Shown: piece by piece, positions 47,419 to 58,800 of the stretch
Layout of the letters: every line of letters starts with the position of its first letter
Position numbering within the stretch: the stretch's first letter is position 1
DNA from: a virus
IMG/VR virus record: IMGVR_UViG_3300032289_001838
Coordinates: 1 to 64,000 of that record
Direction: 5' to 3' (one strand)
Length of the DNA stretch: 64,000 nt
The notes under the pieces: generated by a model
Told to the model about the DNA's origin: nothing
Databases searched by the model: none
Seen by the model: the letters and a program-made list of their open reading frames with translations, nothing else
Translations under genes and position numbers: made by a program

Positions 47419-48162
47419 TTATGTGGATATTGATCCATAATACAAATATTGTCCTAAACCTGTTATGCCATAATTAACTACACTTTGCGTATTAGTTGAA
47501 TAAATTTCAAAATCACTGATAAAATATGATCCGGACAAATATAAATTATTATTACCATCGTCTAAAATATCAGCGACTATATCGCCGGTCTGATTGGTAA
47601 TTAACACACTTAATGGTCTAATTCTATCTCCACTCTGAGTAACATTTAATGTATAACTTATAAACTTATCATCCAAATTCAATTTGGCGTTAGACGTATC
47701 ATAACTATCGAATCCAAAAATATTATAAGAATTGTTGTAATTATTATAATACATTTTTTTAATAGTATTATAAACTTGACCCTGATATGTTCCGTCTAAA
47801 TTGGTTGGATTTGTCTGGGTATTATAGTAAATGCTATCTACTGGATAAAATACGGATCCAGTTGGCAATTTTAAGCCAAGTTGGAATTGTGGATTGTTTT
47901 CGTTATTTATTGGTGAACATGCTAAAAATCCATCATCATTTTCTATTGAGTCATCGCAAGATCCATCATTAACTGTTGCAAATGAACCAGTAGATAAAGA
48001 ATTAAAATTATAATCACATTCCGATATAGGAATAATCAATGGAAAATTATAAGTTTCATCACTTGCCAATATCAAGTCAGAGAAAATATTATTAGCAATC
48101 TTCTCTTTTGCTACTGAAAATGTAGTGATTTGTATGTCTTGATTTTTAAGAAATTTAATCAT
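47419..48162 (-). CDS. Putative baseplate-associated protein
   Basis: GDRIRPLSV..ILDDGNNNLY motif; located in the baseplate block; TATTTATA-N5-ATG upstream. Confidence 0.6.
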   Translation of the reverse strand: MIKFLKNQDIQITTFSVAKEKIANNIFSDLILASDETYNFPLIIPISECDYNFNSLSTGSFATVNDGSCDDSIENDDGFLACSPINNENNPQFQLGLKLPTGSVFYPVDSIYYNTQTNPTNLDGTYQGQVYNTIKKMYYNNYNNSYNIFGFDSYDTSNAKLNLDDKFISYTLNVTQSGDRIRPLSVLITNQTGDIVADILDDGNNNLYLSGSYFISDFEIYSTNTQSVVNYGITGLGQYLYYGSIST

Positions 48163-48167
48163 CCCAA

Positions 48168-48175
48168 TATAAATA
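48168..48175 (-). promoter_or_regulatory. Putative late promoter TATTTATA
   Basis: TATTTATA-N5-ATG (48162). Confidence 0.6.
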
Positions 48176-48197
48176 GGAAGATTTAAACATATTTAGA

Positions 48198-49307
48198 TTA
48201 AAAATCAATACGACACTTAATTAGCAATTCATTATCAAATGATTTTTGCGTTGGTCTACTTAATTTACCCACGGCTAATAATTCGTTATTAGAATCATAT
48301 AACCCAATTGTAGTAATATAAGTACGTGGATTGCTAATCAGTTCTGGATATATAATAGTACCTTTTGTTTGTCCATCAGTACCATCCGAAACAAACGTTG
48401 GGTTATTACTATAATTAAATTCTTTGTTTTTAACTCTTACAAAGTAATTCGTAGATGGAACAAATTCCGATTTGCGAACTGCCATATTTTTATTTGATCT
48501 TCTGAGACTTAAATAGAATTTACGCAACCAATCTCTCCAATAACTTTTCCAGTTAACTGAGTATTGATTAGTTGTTCTGGAATTGGTAATTTCTGGTGGA
48601 TTTCCAGTAATACCAACTTTTGCGTCCAACTTTAGTGCATTCAATATAACAACACCATTTGTTGGATAGAATAATCCGATACCTTCATAAACAGCGGATA
48701 CAGTTCCTCCTTTAGTAAATGGCGTTGGTACGCCATTGATAATGGATCCTGAAATCAAATTATATACATTTTGTTGTGTATTTACAACTTGGGAATCGTC
48801 GATATATGAGAATTGACCTAAAGCGCCAGTAAAATTTAATTGAATTTGGCCTGGATCAATTTGATCTTGGAATTTATCAGCTACATAATTTAGTACGAAG
48901 ATTGCGGAACTATCGGTTGGAGAATCCACACTACCTGAGGCAAAACTAAAGAATGTATCTCCTGGTTGCAGAAGTGTATTTTTGTACTGAGAGTAAATAA
49001 CTTTAGTTTCATTTGTATATACTTTTGCTACTGATTGTCCTGTCCAATCAAAATAACTACTACCCGAATTATAATAATCTCCATAAGCAATGGCAAAATA
49101 TTGATCTCCGCCGCTATAAATGTCAATATAATACTGAGCATTTCTTACGTCGAATGGGCCGGATCCAGTCATGACGTTTGCTTGAGCGGATGATGATACG
49201 AAAGATGATTGAGCTACTGTTAAACTACCAGTACCAAACATACCCGATGACACTTGGTTAATTCTTCCTGATACTATATCGTCTGGAGTAAATGGTGTGA
49301 ATATCAT
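48198..49307 (-). CDS. Baseplate wedge-like structural protein
   Basis: EFNYSNNPTF and YITTIGLYD..ELLAVGKLSRP; shares its C-terminal domain with 44747-47407. Confidence 0.7.
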   Translation of the reverse strand: MIFTPFTPDDIVSGRINQVSSGMFGTGSLTVAQSSFVSSSAQANVMTGSGPFDVRNAQYYIDIYSGGDQYFAIAYGDYYNSGSSYFDWTGQSVAKVYTNETKVIYSQYKNTLLQPGDTFFSFASGSVDSPTDSSAIFVLNYVADKFQDQIDPGQIQLNFTGALGQFSYIDDSQVVNTQQNVYNLISGSIINGVPTPFTKGGTVSAVYEGIGLFYPTNGVVILNALKLDAKVGITGNPPEITNSRTTNQYSVNWKSYWRDWLRKFYLSLRRSNKNMAVRKSEFVPSTNYFVRVKNKEFNYSNNPTFVSDGTDGQTKGTIIYPELISNPRTYITTIGLYDSNNELLAVGKLSRPTQKSFDNELLIKCRIDF

Positions 49308-49313
49308 ATATTA

Positions 49314-49955
49314 TTAAGTTGTGGTAGGAACACTGACAGTTACATTGATTGAAGAATTTCCTCCGCTTTCATTTCCAATAATGGTAATGTTAGTTGTGGT
49401 TGTCTTAGACAAAGAACTATTTGGAATAAATCTAAACTTATTACCTATAACAACCTGTGAAGCTTGTGACGCTAAATCTCCGGTAAATGTTGGAATAGTT
49501 GCTGAGGTAGAGTTTAAACTATTTGTTTCAGTGACTACTAAAGTACCTACGTTTTTATTGGATAGAATTGCTGTATAACCAAGTGTTACGTTATAAACTG
49601 GAGTTGTACTTGGAATAATATCAATTGCGGCTGAATAAGTACGTGGTACAGAAATTAATGGAGGAGCAATGTTGATGGTTGGCACAGATGTTACTCCATC
49701 ATTCAATGTAACCAATTTATACTTCATGATTTGAGATTCATCTGTGATTGGTTCCATTACGGGAGTATTGCGAATAGCTATATCGTAATATGCACTGCCC
49801 ATTGGATGATTTGGGTTAAACTGTGTATAGTCGATTTCGTCGTCAGCTAAAGCGAATGCTGTAATGTTCAATCCACCTGTTTTTGCCAATACTTCACGAC
49901 CTTTTTTCGTCAATATCGCGTTAACAGTGAGAACGTTGTTATTAAGATATGCCAT
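49314..49955 (-). CDS. Baseplate / tail-collar-like structural protein
   Basis: AILTKKGREVLA..ITAFALADDEIDY motif. Confidence 0.7.
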   Translation of the reverse strand: MAYLNNNVLTVNAILTKKGREVLAKTGGLNITAFALADDEIDYTQFNPNHPMGSAYYDIAIRNTPVMEPITDESQIMKYKLVTLNDGVTSVPTINIAPPLISVPRTYSAAIDIIPSTTPVYNVTLGYTAILSNKNVGTLVVTETNSLNSTSATIPTFTGDLASQASQVVIGNKFRFIPNSSLSKTTTTNITIIGNESGGNSSINVTVSVPTTT

Positions 49956-50001
49956 ATATAAATAATTATCAAGTGTTTTCGGTTTTTAATCAAAAATTAT
50001 A

Positions 50002-53000
50002 TTATAAATTCATAATATACATATTCATACTAGCACTGGTACATGTAGAACATGTTAGTGGTTGTTGTATAAACAAGCTATTTGGAGATCCAATTGATCC
50101 GGTTAAAATACCATACTTAGGGAAATTATCACTTTCAATATCAACTGCCAAATATCCTGGTATTGATATAATAGGAGATGATCCATTTGGTAAACCTTTT
50201 CGATTTACGGTTGTGGTATAGTCATTTTGACCTTTTGTATAAGTGTAGTATGATAATTTGCCACTAGATAATGTTTTTATCCCATTGCTTATAGTATAAT
50301 ATGATCCGGAAACCGCTTGTCTTTTTAATCTACTTCCAATACGTACAAATTTACTCAAGTGTCGTTGAGAATATCCACTATTCATTTCTCCGTAATAGAT
50401 GTCCTTCAGAGAATTGCTACCCGTAATTTGATTATTTAAATCTCCTGAGCCAGAGCCAATAATCTGTACAGATTTATAACTTGATGTAAATGTTACAACA
50501 GATCCCGTATTATTGTGAGATTGATAATAATCATTCTCAGAATAATTTATTGTATTTCGTACATTATATCCATTTGTATTTACAAATATATATTTTCCAT
50601 ATTTAGCAAATATAAAATCTCTATCATCCACTTTATCTTTGATCTCAAATCTCGAAAAGTTATATGTATCACGATCTGTTTGAATTCCGTTAACAGAAGA
50701 AATGTTTATTACTGTGTTGCTTGATGAGTTAACCGTATCTATTAATGAACATGAAAAGAATGGTTTAATTAAATAAGTCATCAAACTGGATGTACTATTT
50801 GGATTTAATGCAGTGAAGTCTGCATCTTTATAATTGAATTTAACACGTTCAAGTATAGAAGGTTCCAATAAAAGTCCAGTTTTTAAAGTACTGCGAGAAG
50901 GTGTTAAATTTTTAACAAAATCAAATATTGAAAAATCAATATAAAACTTATAAGTACTATAATATTCTTGAGGATATATATACTTTTTATTTGCAGCAGC
51001 AAATTCAGCTTGTCTCAATTTCAACTCAGGATAGTTTCTTGAAGTAAGATATTTAGGATCTCCTATAATATCAGATATACCTTCTTTTCCTAAAAAGTCT
51101 TCGATATTTTCATTTAAATATCGATATGGCGAAATATAATATCCTACTAAATTAGAATCACTTCCAATTATGTCTTTTGTATATGTAGAGTATTCATATG
51201 GTACCAAATTAGAACTTACATCTTGAGTGATTTTATTAATATTAGCATTATCTTTATAATTTGGCCCAAATCTGTTTGAATTTATAGCTTGTTTGATGTT
51301 AAATTTCTCAAATTGATATGGGAAAATATCGGCTGATATTGAATCGCAATATGGCGATCCTCGTTGTACGGTATTTTGATTAAAATTATAAGCGTAAAAT
51401 TTACTATTATATCTATTATTTTGATTTAATATAACCGATGGAAATCCCCACAAGTTTACAGGAGTATCAAAACTCCATAGATAATACATGTTTTCATAAA
51501 CCAAAGATTTTTCTGGTATAGAAATCGAATTTAAGTTATAAGAATGTTCTTGAAAATCAGAATCACTTAATGCATATTTCTGGACTTTTATTTTATCGAT
51601 ATTTCCATAAAATTGAATTGAAGATGAAAAGTTTCCTACATAATAACTTCCAGATGAAAAATATTGAGTTTGATCGTACAATATCGTCTTATCTTTTCTA
51701 TCCGTGAAGTTAAGTTGACTTCCGTAATATTGATTGACAGTCAATGTGTATGTGTGTGGAACATACTTTTCGGCCGCCGATGAACTTAATGATTGAGTTT
51801 GATTATATGTTTGAGAAACAATAGGCAATGCATCAAAAATAATATTATCATTTGGTTGCTTTCTCAACATAAACGTATAGAAATCTCCATTAAAATAAGG
51901 CATTTCTATGCTTTCAATACTAGACGTAATTTGTGTGGAACCAATAGGACAAAGTTCAAAAATTAATTTTGCAGATTCTTTTTGTTTGGTCTTGTACAAA
52001 TAAATTTGCCAATCTAAGTTTTTGTTTCTTGTCTTCTTTATTAATGGAATTTTATCTTTGTAATTGTATTTATCCCATTCATTAGATCTGAATGACATTT
52101 CTACAGTTGATACTCCGGTAAATCTTTCTACTACAGATCTTGTCAACTGCGTTGGTGGATATGTACTTCCACTTGTATATTGTTGTCCCACAAAATACTT
52201 ATATTCACTACTTGTAAAATTAAAATTTATATATTGATTGTTGCTATACTTGGTAGCGTAAATTATATCATCAAAGTCATAATAAACATTTTTGTTTATC
52301 AATATGTTTGGACTACTATATTCCACGACGTTAATCAAATCCGAAGATACACCGAAAATTGATCGAATCAAATTAAATGAGGTAGATGTGCCTTTAGTTT
52401 TATATATGTAACTTAAATTATTAGTTATTCGGTTAAATATAGATTTAGCATAATCAAAATATGAGGAAGATAAACTTCCAGACATCTGTGTATTATTAAA
52501 CAATAATTGATTTACATCACTCCTGTTAAACTTAAAATTAGTAACATCCCAGTTGAAATTGTTTAATAATTCTTCTATATAATTTTTTGGATAACTATTG
52601 TTATCATTCCAATTAATTGGATAAGCTTTCGGAAACTTCTTAACAAAAACTAAAATGTTATCAAAGAAATGACCAACCATTGCTGTAAACTTTATATAAT
52701 CAGCATTAGCTTCTTCTGTTTTAATATAATCCGGCAATTGATAGAATAAAGAATTGTAATTACTTTTATCGAAGCTTATACCATCTTCTATTTTCTGATC
52801 TATACTAGATGGAGAATAAAACAGATAAGATTCATATTCATCTAAACTATCTAATAAAGAAATTTGTTCGTTTGTTATTCTGTTAAAGTCATTGGAATAT
52901 GACGCTGATATCGAAGTATTAGACGTTGTAGATGCTTGATTCTTAATTTGACTCTTTGAAGTTTCATAGGAATCATATTTAGAGATTTTGCTTTTAGCTA

Positions 53001-54450
53001 TCTTAGTTCTTAATTCAGCAGAAGAAAAATTAATAAAATTACTAAAATCATTATAATCGATCAATAAATCATTTATTTTTTGTTGAGTTCTAGCTTTAGC
53101 GGCGAATAATGTATTGTTATCCGTTGCATTAAACTTGTCGTTCGTTGGATTAACAGATGGTACGGCTACTGTAAAATTGACACTGTTTAAATAAACCTTA
53201 CGTGAAACTGGTGCGGTATATAAATTAACTTTAAAATACAACGGCGCCAATGAAATGTTGGAGATCCAACAGGTATCTCTTATAGAATACTCAGATGGAA
53301 GTGGACTATCCAACTTAATCTGAACATTTATACGATTGTCTACTACATTTAAATAACTTGTGTGAGTTAATATTTTTACTAAATTCCCATTATCAAAATT
53401 TAATGCGTTCTTATAAAATGCATAAAACTTCAGACTATAATCATTTAATAATTCTGTAATTTTTGGTTGTAACCAATATCTATATGCAATTTCGACAAAT
53501 ACATTTATTGTTTCAGCAAGATCTACATCAGTCAAAGTTGTTCTTTGTAATATTGCGTCTTGACTTACTTTTGCCGTGATCAATGAAATAGCTGTCAAGA
53601 TTTCATCTTCGGAAAATTCAGTTTCGTTGTAAGTGTAAACAAAGTTTTTTATTTGTTCTGCAATTCCTGCAAATTTTATATTTTCACTGATTACCGTATT
53701 GGGATCATTAGATAAATTAACAACTTTATTGTATCCAACATAGACAGAGTTAATAAATTCTTGCAACTGAGCCGAAGACTTAAATCCGAGAAGTTGTGCG
53801 TATTTCAAATAATTGAAATTAGAAAAATTGGCATTAAAAGATTCATCTATAGGATTTCTATCTACGATGGGAATAATATCATCGATTACTTGTAAAAAAA
53901 CAAATTTTTTATCCGCAAATGCTGAGATTTTTACTGAATCTATTCTGTTAGCTTCACTGATATTTGGATCAAATGCATAAGATAATCTTAACTCAGTTCG
54001 ACTAGGAGAGATTTCTTTTATGAATAATCTATTAGACGTATTACCAGCAATATTTCTAATTGGGTTATATAGAACATAATACAAACCGGGACTCAATTCG
54101 TCGAACTTAAGATCGAATTGACTGTGTAATAACAATTCATTGCCATATAAAGCATAATTTGTAAATGGATTGGCAACTCTATATGTTCGTGGTACATCAT
54201 TTACATCTTTATATGATGATTGTACAATACTGTATGTTGTTTTTGGTATTACTCTGTTAAAAAGAATTGGTTCTTGATTACTATTATAAACACTTAATTC
54301 TAATATATCATCATTTGTATCTCCGAAAAAGTTTTCAGAGTTTAAAACTTGTTGTTCGTATAAAGATTGTAAATCTTGTTGAAAATACGAAGCACTTGCT
54401 ATACCATTAGCAAGATCAAGTTCATTAATTGTTAAATAATCGTAAGGCAT
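50002..54450 (-). CDS. Large baseplate wedge / structural protein (1482 aa)
   Basis: EISPSRTELRL, MVGHFFDNI, YIYKTKGT and GLLLEPSILER motifs; located in the baseplate operon. Confidence 0.65.
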   Translation of the reverse strand: MPYDYLTINELDLANGIASASYFQQDLQSLYEQQVLNSENFFGDTNDDILELSVYNSNQEPILFNRVIPKTTYSIVQSSYKDVNDVPRTYRVANPFTNYALYGNELLLHSQFDLKFDELSPGLYYVLYNPIRNIAGNTSNRLFIKEISPSRTELRLSYAFDPNISEANRIDSVKISAFADKKFVFLQVIDDIIPIVDRNPIDESFNANFSNFNYLKYAQLLGFKSSAQLQEFINSVYVGYNKVVNLSNDPNTVISENIKFAGIAEQIKNFVYTYNETEFSEDEILTAISLITAKVSQDAILQRTTLTDVDLAETINVFVEIAYRYWLQPKITELLNDYSLKFYAFYKNALNFDNGNLVKILTHTSYLNVVDNRINVQIKLDSPLPSEYSIRDTCWISNISLAPLYFKVNLYTAPVSRKVYLNSVNFTVAVPSVNPTNDKFNATDNNTLFAAKARTQQKINDLLIDYNDFSNFINFSSAELRTKIAKSKISKYDSYETSKSQIKNQASTTSNTSISASYSNDFNRITNEQISLLDSLDEYESYLFYSPSSIDQKIEDGISFDKSNYNSLFYQLPDYIKTEEANADYIKFTAMVGHFFDNILVFVKKFPKAYPINWNDNNSYPKNYIEELLNNFNWDVTNFKFNRSDVNQLLFNNTQMSGSLSSSYFDYAKSIFNRITNNLSYIYKTKGTSTSFNLIRSIFGVSSDLINVVEYSSPNILINKNVYYDFDDIIYATKYSNNQYINFNFTSSEYKYFVGQQYTSGSTYPPTQLTRSVVERFTGVSTVEMSFRSNEWDKYNYKDKIPLIKKTRNKNLDWQIYLYKTKQKESAKLIFELCPIGSTQITSSIESIEMPYFNGDFYTFMLRKQPNDNIIFDALPIVSQTYNQTQSLSSSAAEKYVPHTYTLTVNQYYGSQLNFTDRKDKTILYDQTQYFSSGSYYVGNFSSSIQFYGNIDKIKVQKYALSDSDFQEHSYNLNSISIPEKSLVYENMYYLWSFDTPVNLWGFPSVILNQNNRYNSKFYAYNFNQNTVQRGSPYCDSISADIFPYQFEKFNIKQAINSNRFGPNYKDNANINKITQDVSSNLVPYEYSTYTKDIIGSDSNLVGYYISPYRYLNENIEDFLGKEGISDIIGDPKYLTSRNYPELKLRQAEFAAANKKYIYPQEYYSTYKFYIDFSIFDFVKNLTPSRSTLKTGLLLEPSILERVKFNYKDADFTALNPNSTSSLMTYLIKPFFSCSLIDTVNSSSNTVINISSVNGIQTDRDTYNFSRFEIKDKVDDRDFIFAKYGKYIFVNTNGYNVRNTINYSENDYYQSHNNTGSVVTFTSSYKSVQIIGSGSGDLNNQITGSNSLKDIYYGEMNSGYSQRHLSKFVRIGSRLKRQAVSGSYYTISNGIKTLSSGKLSYYTYTKGQNDYTTTVNRKGLPNGSSPIISIPGYLAVDIESDNFPKYGILTGSIGSPNSLFIQQPLTCSTCTSASMNMYIMNL

Positions 54451-54451
54451 A

Positions 54452-54925
54452 TTATACTAGTGGTAAAAACGGAAAATCATCAGCAAAGTCTGAAGGAACA
54501 TTTCCTTGACCCAATTGAATTCGAAGATTTATTATTGTTTTCTTTTGTTCTGCGATCACTTGTTTATCATCATTGTTCTCATACTTTTCAACCAGTTCAT
54601 TAACCGTCTGATTAAGAATTCTATTTTCCTCAAGTAGAGTGTTATATTGATCCAAAACTTCAGCGACATTACGTTTCTCTTCTTGTTGAACAGTTTGAAG
54701 TTCGGTAAAGTCAACTGTATTCGCATCAATGATTTTATTCTCGTTGTACACAAATGTTTTCAATGGAACTTTAACATAATTAACGTTTCCATTGACGGAC
54801 TGAGCTACAGAAAATACCAATTGGAAATTTCCAAAAGAATCTAAATTATTTACGAAGTCTCCAAAATTTTTAAAGTTAGAAACTTCATCTGTAGCCACAT
54901 CATAGTTTAATTGTATATCCGCCAT
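54452..54925 (-). CDS. Hypothetical coiled-coil protein
   Basis: 157-aa ORF tightly packed in the operon. Confidence 0.65.
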   Translation of the reverse strand: MADIQLNYDVATDEVSNFKNFGDFVNNLDSFGNFQLVFSVAQSVNGNVNYVKVPLKTFVYNENKIIDANTVDFTELQTVQQEEKRNVAEVLDQYNTLLEENRILNQTVNELVEKYENNDDKQVIAEQKKTIINLRIQLGQGNVPSDFADDFPFLPLV

Positions 54926-54926
54926 A

Positions 54927-56819
54927 TTATCTTGTTATCTTAAATATTTTTTGAGTGTCTGTAATATCTACAGTACCGTCTTGATATTCCGATTTTATAA
55001 ATATTTTCAAATATCTTTCTTGTGGCAATCCGGTTGTTTGTAATTTAAAATAATTACCTTGATTTGGATCACAACTTAACTTTGTATATTGATCAAATCC
55101 AACTAAAACTTCTTCTGATTCAGCATCTTTAATCATATAATAAGAGCTAGTAGGAAGATACTTCGGAGTAACCATGGATGGCTGTTGATAAGCTTTTTGG
55201 AAGTTTTTCAACGGATATCTATCTCTAGCGAATACAAATATTTTTGGTAAACTTCCGGCTTTATAAGCTTCTTTTAAGTAATTCAATGTAATTAAATTTT
55301 GAATTGATCCTGAAACAGGTTTCAAACTTCCGGTACTAAATACACTGTCATCCCAAGCTACATCAATATATGGACTATAAATAGTATTTGTTTCTTTACT
55401 AAAAAACTGTAGTAGTCCATTTGTTGGTTGTAATGGAGGAGTCGAAATTTCCAAAGAACTTAATAACATAAGTCCCTGATTCGGAACACAACCACATAAC
55501 CATCCTCTAACGATTTTGGTTATATCCATAGTAACGTCACTTTGTTGTCCGTAACTAAATGACTGACTACAAATTAAACTTGCATTTACCAAAGATGGAT
55601 ACTTCGATGAATTGCAAATCCATTTTGGCTTATTTGTGTAAGAAGCTGGTACTTTATAATACCAAGTACCCCCTTGATTTTGAAAACTAGCACTTGAATA
55701 CGAAGATGATAATAGATAATTTACTTGTTGATAAGTATTAGATATAGAATTTCCATACCATAACCCACTTCCATCATAGTTTCTATATAACCAACTACAC
55801 CCTAGTTGTGATCCATTATCCGCGTATCTACCATTACCATTTTCCCAACTTTGACTTATAGGATAAGCATATATACTATAATTTAATGGAAGATTTCTGG
55901 ACCCACAAGCTTTTAAATTTAAAGTGAATTTTATATTAGATCCACTAATATTATTGTTTGAGATAGATTTACTCAATTCATTTATATCAAACTTAACAAG
56001 CGTTCTAGAAAACTCAGGATAGTTCAAATATGTTGCTGTAGACGGACGAGTAAAAGATCCACTATATTTACCTTTGAAATAACCAGCAAAATTTGTGACA
56101 TCTGTGTAATACAATTTACTGGAAGTTAAAGTTTCTATATATAACTTAGAATTTGAACCACTAAAACTTCCTGTAAACGATCCTGAATTAAAAGCTCTTA
56201 CTGGAGAATAAAAACTGGAGTTACACGGTATGCCTGTATTTGATTTGCCTAATAGTTTCCCTCTTAAATTTTTAAAGCTGCCTGTACCTGTCAAAGATGA
56301 CGTTAACGGACTTGTTGTATATGTCCGTTTGTTTACTTTTAATTTTGTAAAAAAGCTACCAACTCTTACAGATCCAGAAAAACTACCTGTACTCCAACTA
56401 CCTGTAAAGAACGAATAACTTGTTATATTCATACTACCTGTAAATGATCCGGATGCGTAATTAGCTGATCCAGAAATATAAAGTGGTCGTTTTGGGTTAG
56501 TAGTTATATTGGACAATCTACCTGTAAAATTAGCAATAAATGATGTATTCGGTATTACAGAAGATGTAAGATTGAAAGCATACCACTTACTTCCAGAGTA
56601 AATAAATAAAGAAGAGGTGGTATAAGCTAACCAACCTTCGTTACCATAAGATGACGCAGTAATCGGAGCTGCGTGCCAGTTCGGATCTGTGTATACAGTC
56701 GTCGTGCCTTTATTAGAGGCATAAATTTCTAATATTTCATCAATACCAAAATTTTTATTGACAAAATTAGGAGAATTGTTTATGTAGGTATCTTGAGATG
56801 GATAAATAAATGTGTGCAT
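54927..56819 (-). CDS. Structural protein, DNRLRE/CBM96-like fold with SGS-rich insertion
   Basis: DTYI..NFGIDEILEI, SRTLVKFD, W.NG.G, DIT.IV.W..NQG and FFSKET..IYSP motifs. Confidence 0.65.
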   Translation of the reverse strand: MHTFIYPSQDTYINNSPNFVNKNFGIDEILEIYASNKGTTTVYTDPNWHAAPITASSYGNEGWLAYTTSSLFIYSGSKWYAFNLTSSVIPNTSFIANFTGRLSNITTNPKRPLYISGSANYASGSFTGSMNITSYSFFTGSWSTGSFSGSVRVGSFFTKLKVNKRTYTTSPLTSSLTGTGSFKNLRGKLLGKSNTGIPCNSSFYSPVRAFNSGSFTGSFSGSNSKLYIETLTSSKLYYTDVTNFAGYFKGKYSGSFTRPSTATYLNYPEFSRTLVKFDINELSKSISNNNISGSNIKFTLNLKACGSRNLPLNYSIYAYPISQSWENGNGRYADNGSQLGCSWLYRNYDGSGLWYGNSISNTYQQVNYLLSSSYSSASFQNQGGTWYYKVPASYTNKPKWICNSSKYPSLVNASLICSQSFSYGQQSDVTMDITKIVRGWLCGCVPNQGLMLLSSLEISTPPLQPTNGLLQFFSKETNTIYSPYIDVAWDDSVFSTGSLKPVSGSIQNLITLNYLKEAYKAGSLPKIFVFARDRYPLKNFQKAYQQPSMVTPKYLPTSSYYMIKDAESEEVLVGFDQYTKLSCDPNQGNYFKLQTTGLPQERYLKIFIKSEYQDGTVDITDTQKIFKITR

Positions 56820-56820
56820 A

Positions 56821-58800
56821 TTATACTACAAGTCCTTTTATGTCAGAGTCTGGAAACTTAACTTCAAATACAGCAGGATCCTTTGGAGGATACACTATAT
56901 TATTTTGTGTTGCTATACTAATATTGTATGCAACGGAAGAATAATTACCATCATCAATAGTTAAGTTTTTTATAAGAATGTCGCTCACGGATTGAACGCC
57001 TTCATTTTGCATTATCTCGAAATTTATTTGACTTAAATTTATCGGTTGATTAAAACTCCATTTATCTATATCGAAAAATGATTTTACAGATTGTATACAA
57101 TTATTTAATACTTCGGATTTATTAAACCCTTTAAATACAGTTATTTTAAATTCAACTCCAATGTTTATTATATAACCATCGATAATATTAATCTTATCTG
57201 TCAGAATCTTATAATTCTGAATATATGTGGTTAAATTTTGAAGAGTTGCTGGGTTTACTTGTGTTAGATTTTTATTTACATCATATCCAAGTAAATACAA
57301 ATTATTGGTAAATGGACTATTTGATTGTAAAAATTTCTTTCTATCAAGAGGATTTAATGGAGATAAATTTACAGTCGAATTATTTTCTGTATTTAAAACG
57401 CCATTAATCAATCCAGTGTATTGAACTTCTCTAGTCAAATTACTTTGTACAAACGCTTTAGATATATTGCCTAATTGTGGTGGTAATGCATAAACTCTCA
57501 ACAAGAAATCGTCTTCTGTAACCATACGATTTTGTGTGGAAAAATTCAACATTGCATTTTGTCTAATTTCTTCGTCGGATTCAGCATCATCGCCGCCTGT
57601 AGCAGCCTCTATATTGTTTACTCTTAAAGAATTTTTTATAGTATTCAATAATATAACTTCACTGTCAGTTAATGATGTAGTATCATTTAAATAAGAAATT
57701 CCTAAAATCTTGTTAATTTCCCCAGAGTTTACGTTTGAATTTAAACCTCCGCCTATAACATACGTTATAGTCAATGTCGTATTAGATGGAGACATACCAT
57801 ACGACTTTTCTTTTAACACATTGGTATTATCCAATGAGATATTTAAATTTTTTAAATTAGATAATGCTGCCCCAACATTAGTTGGATTTGGTATAACAAT
57901 AGTATTTTCAAAATTCTCAGTATTTGCGCCGAATTGTAAAGTAGTCTGATTATTCTCATTAACAACCGTAACATATCTTTTCTCCGTTCTTAAATACTTT
58001 AGAATTTTTGGAGTTTCACTTCTATATGGAGATAAAGTTTGATTGTTTAGTGGCACGTTATCCACTTCAATTGGAATTGTGTCTTGAGCCAAATAATCTA
58101 CTTCGTAGTAATTATTATTATTACTATCAACGACACTTATGATTTTAAGAACATTCGTTTCATCTAATGTTATACTATAAAAAGGCACTTGATCTGTTAC
58201 ACTAACTTGTTTAGTAATTACCGTTCCAGAATAAGCTTTAGCTGCTTTCTTGATTAGATAAAATTGAGGAGCACCTGTATTATCGCGACTATACACAGAT
58301 ATTTCTCTAGGCGAAAATTTAGTATCTTGACTGAAGTCTATACTTTCTTCTATTACGAAATTAACTCCTGGCGTACTAGATAGTTGTGAAAATGGTTGTA
58401 ATATCAAACAATAACGTTCATCCGGAAGATATTCATTATCTCTGGTACGAATAGATGGTAATAATTGGAATACGTCAACATCGGATGAAGATGCTGACGA
58501 AACTTTTGGTTTGTAACCCAAATACTTAGCAGAATTTATAATATTTCTGCGATCTTGGGCAAATTGAATATAACTTTCGAAGAATTGCTGATCTGTATAG
58601 TAAGATAATACATCTCCAACATAAGCCGCTTGGTCTATAAAAATTTGACCTGGAGAACTTTCACTAAAATCTTTATAACTTTGTGGATAGTATTGTTTTG
58701 TGAAATCAATTAGTTGTTGACGTAAAGACGTAAAATCTCTATTAAGATAATTTACATCTTTTGTATTCGCGTCAAATGTTTTGTTAATTAGCGTTGACAT
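56821..58800 (-). CDS. gp6: Baseplate wedge subunit (T4 gp6-like)
   Basis: YLNRDF, DFSESSPG, AYVGDVLSYY and ATGGDDAES..QNRMVT..D motifs. Confidence 0.88.
   Translation of the reverse strand: MSTLINKTFDANTKDVNYLNRDFTSLRQQLIDFTKQYYPQSYKDFSESSPGQIFIDQAAYVGDVLSYYTDQQFFESYIQFAQDRRNIINSAKYLGYKPKVSSASSSDVDVFQLLPSIRTRDNEYLPDERYCLILQPFSQLSSTPGVNFVIEESIDFSQDTKFSPREISVYSRDNTGAPQFYLIKKAAKAYSGTVITKQVSVTDQVPFYSITLDETNVLKIISVVDSNNNNYYEVDYLAQDTIPIEVDNVPLNNQTLSPYRSETPKILKYLRTEKRYVTVVNENNQTTLQFGANTENFENTIVIPNPTNVGAALSNLKNLNISLDNTNVLKEKSYGMSPSNTTLTITYVIGGGLNSNVNSGEINKILGISYLNDTTSLTDSEVILLNTIKNSLRVNNIEAATGGDDAESDEEIRQNAMLNFSTQNRMVTEDDFLLRVYALPPQLGNISKAFVQSNLTREVQYTGLINGVLNTENNSTVNLSPLNPLDRKKFLQSNSPFTNNLYLLGYDVNKNLTQVNPATLQNLTTYIQNYKILTDKINIIDGYIINIGVEFKITVFKGFNKSEVLNNCIQSVKSFFDIDKWSFNQPINLSQINFEIMQNEGVQSVSDILIKNLTIDDGNYSSVAYNISIATQNNIVYPPKDPAVFEVKFPDSDIKGLVV

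Noticed and set aside
5125-57949. Numerous short ORFs nested antisense or out of frame within long genes
   Set aside because: They lie fully inside well-supported genes and have no motifs or expression signals.
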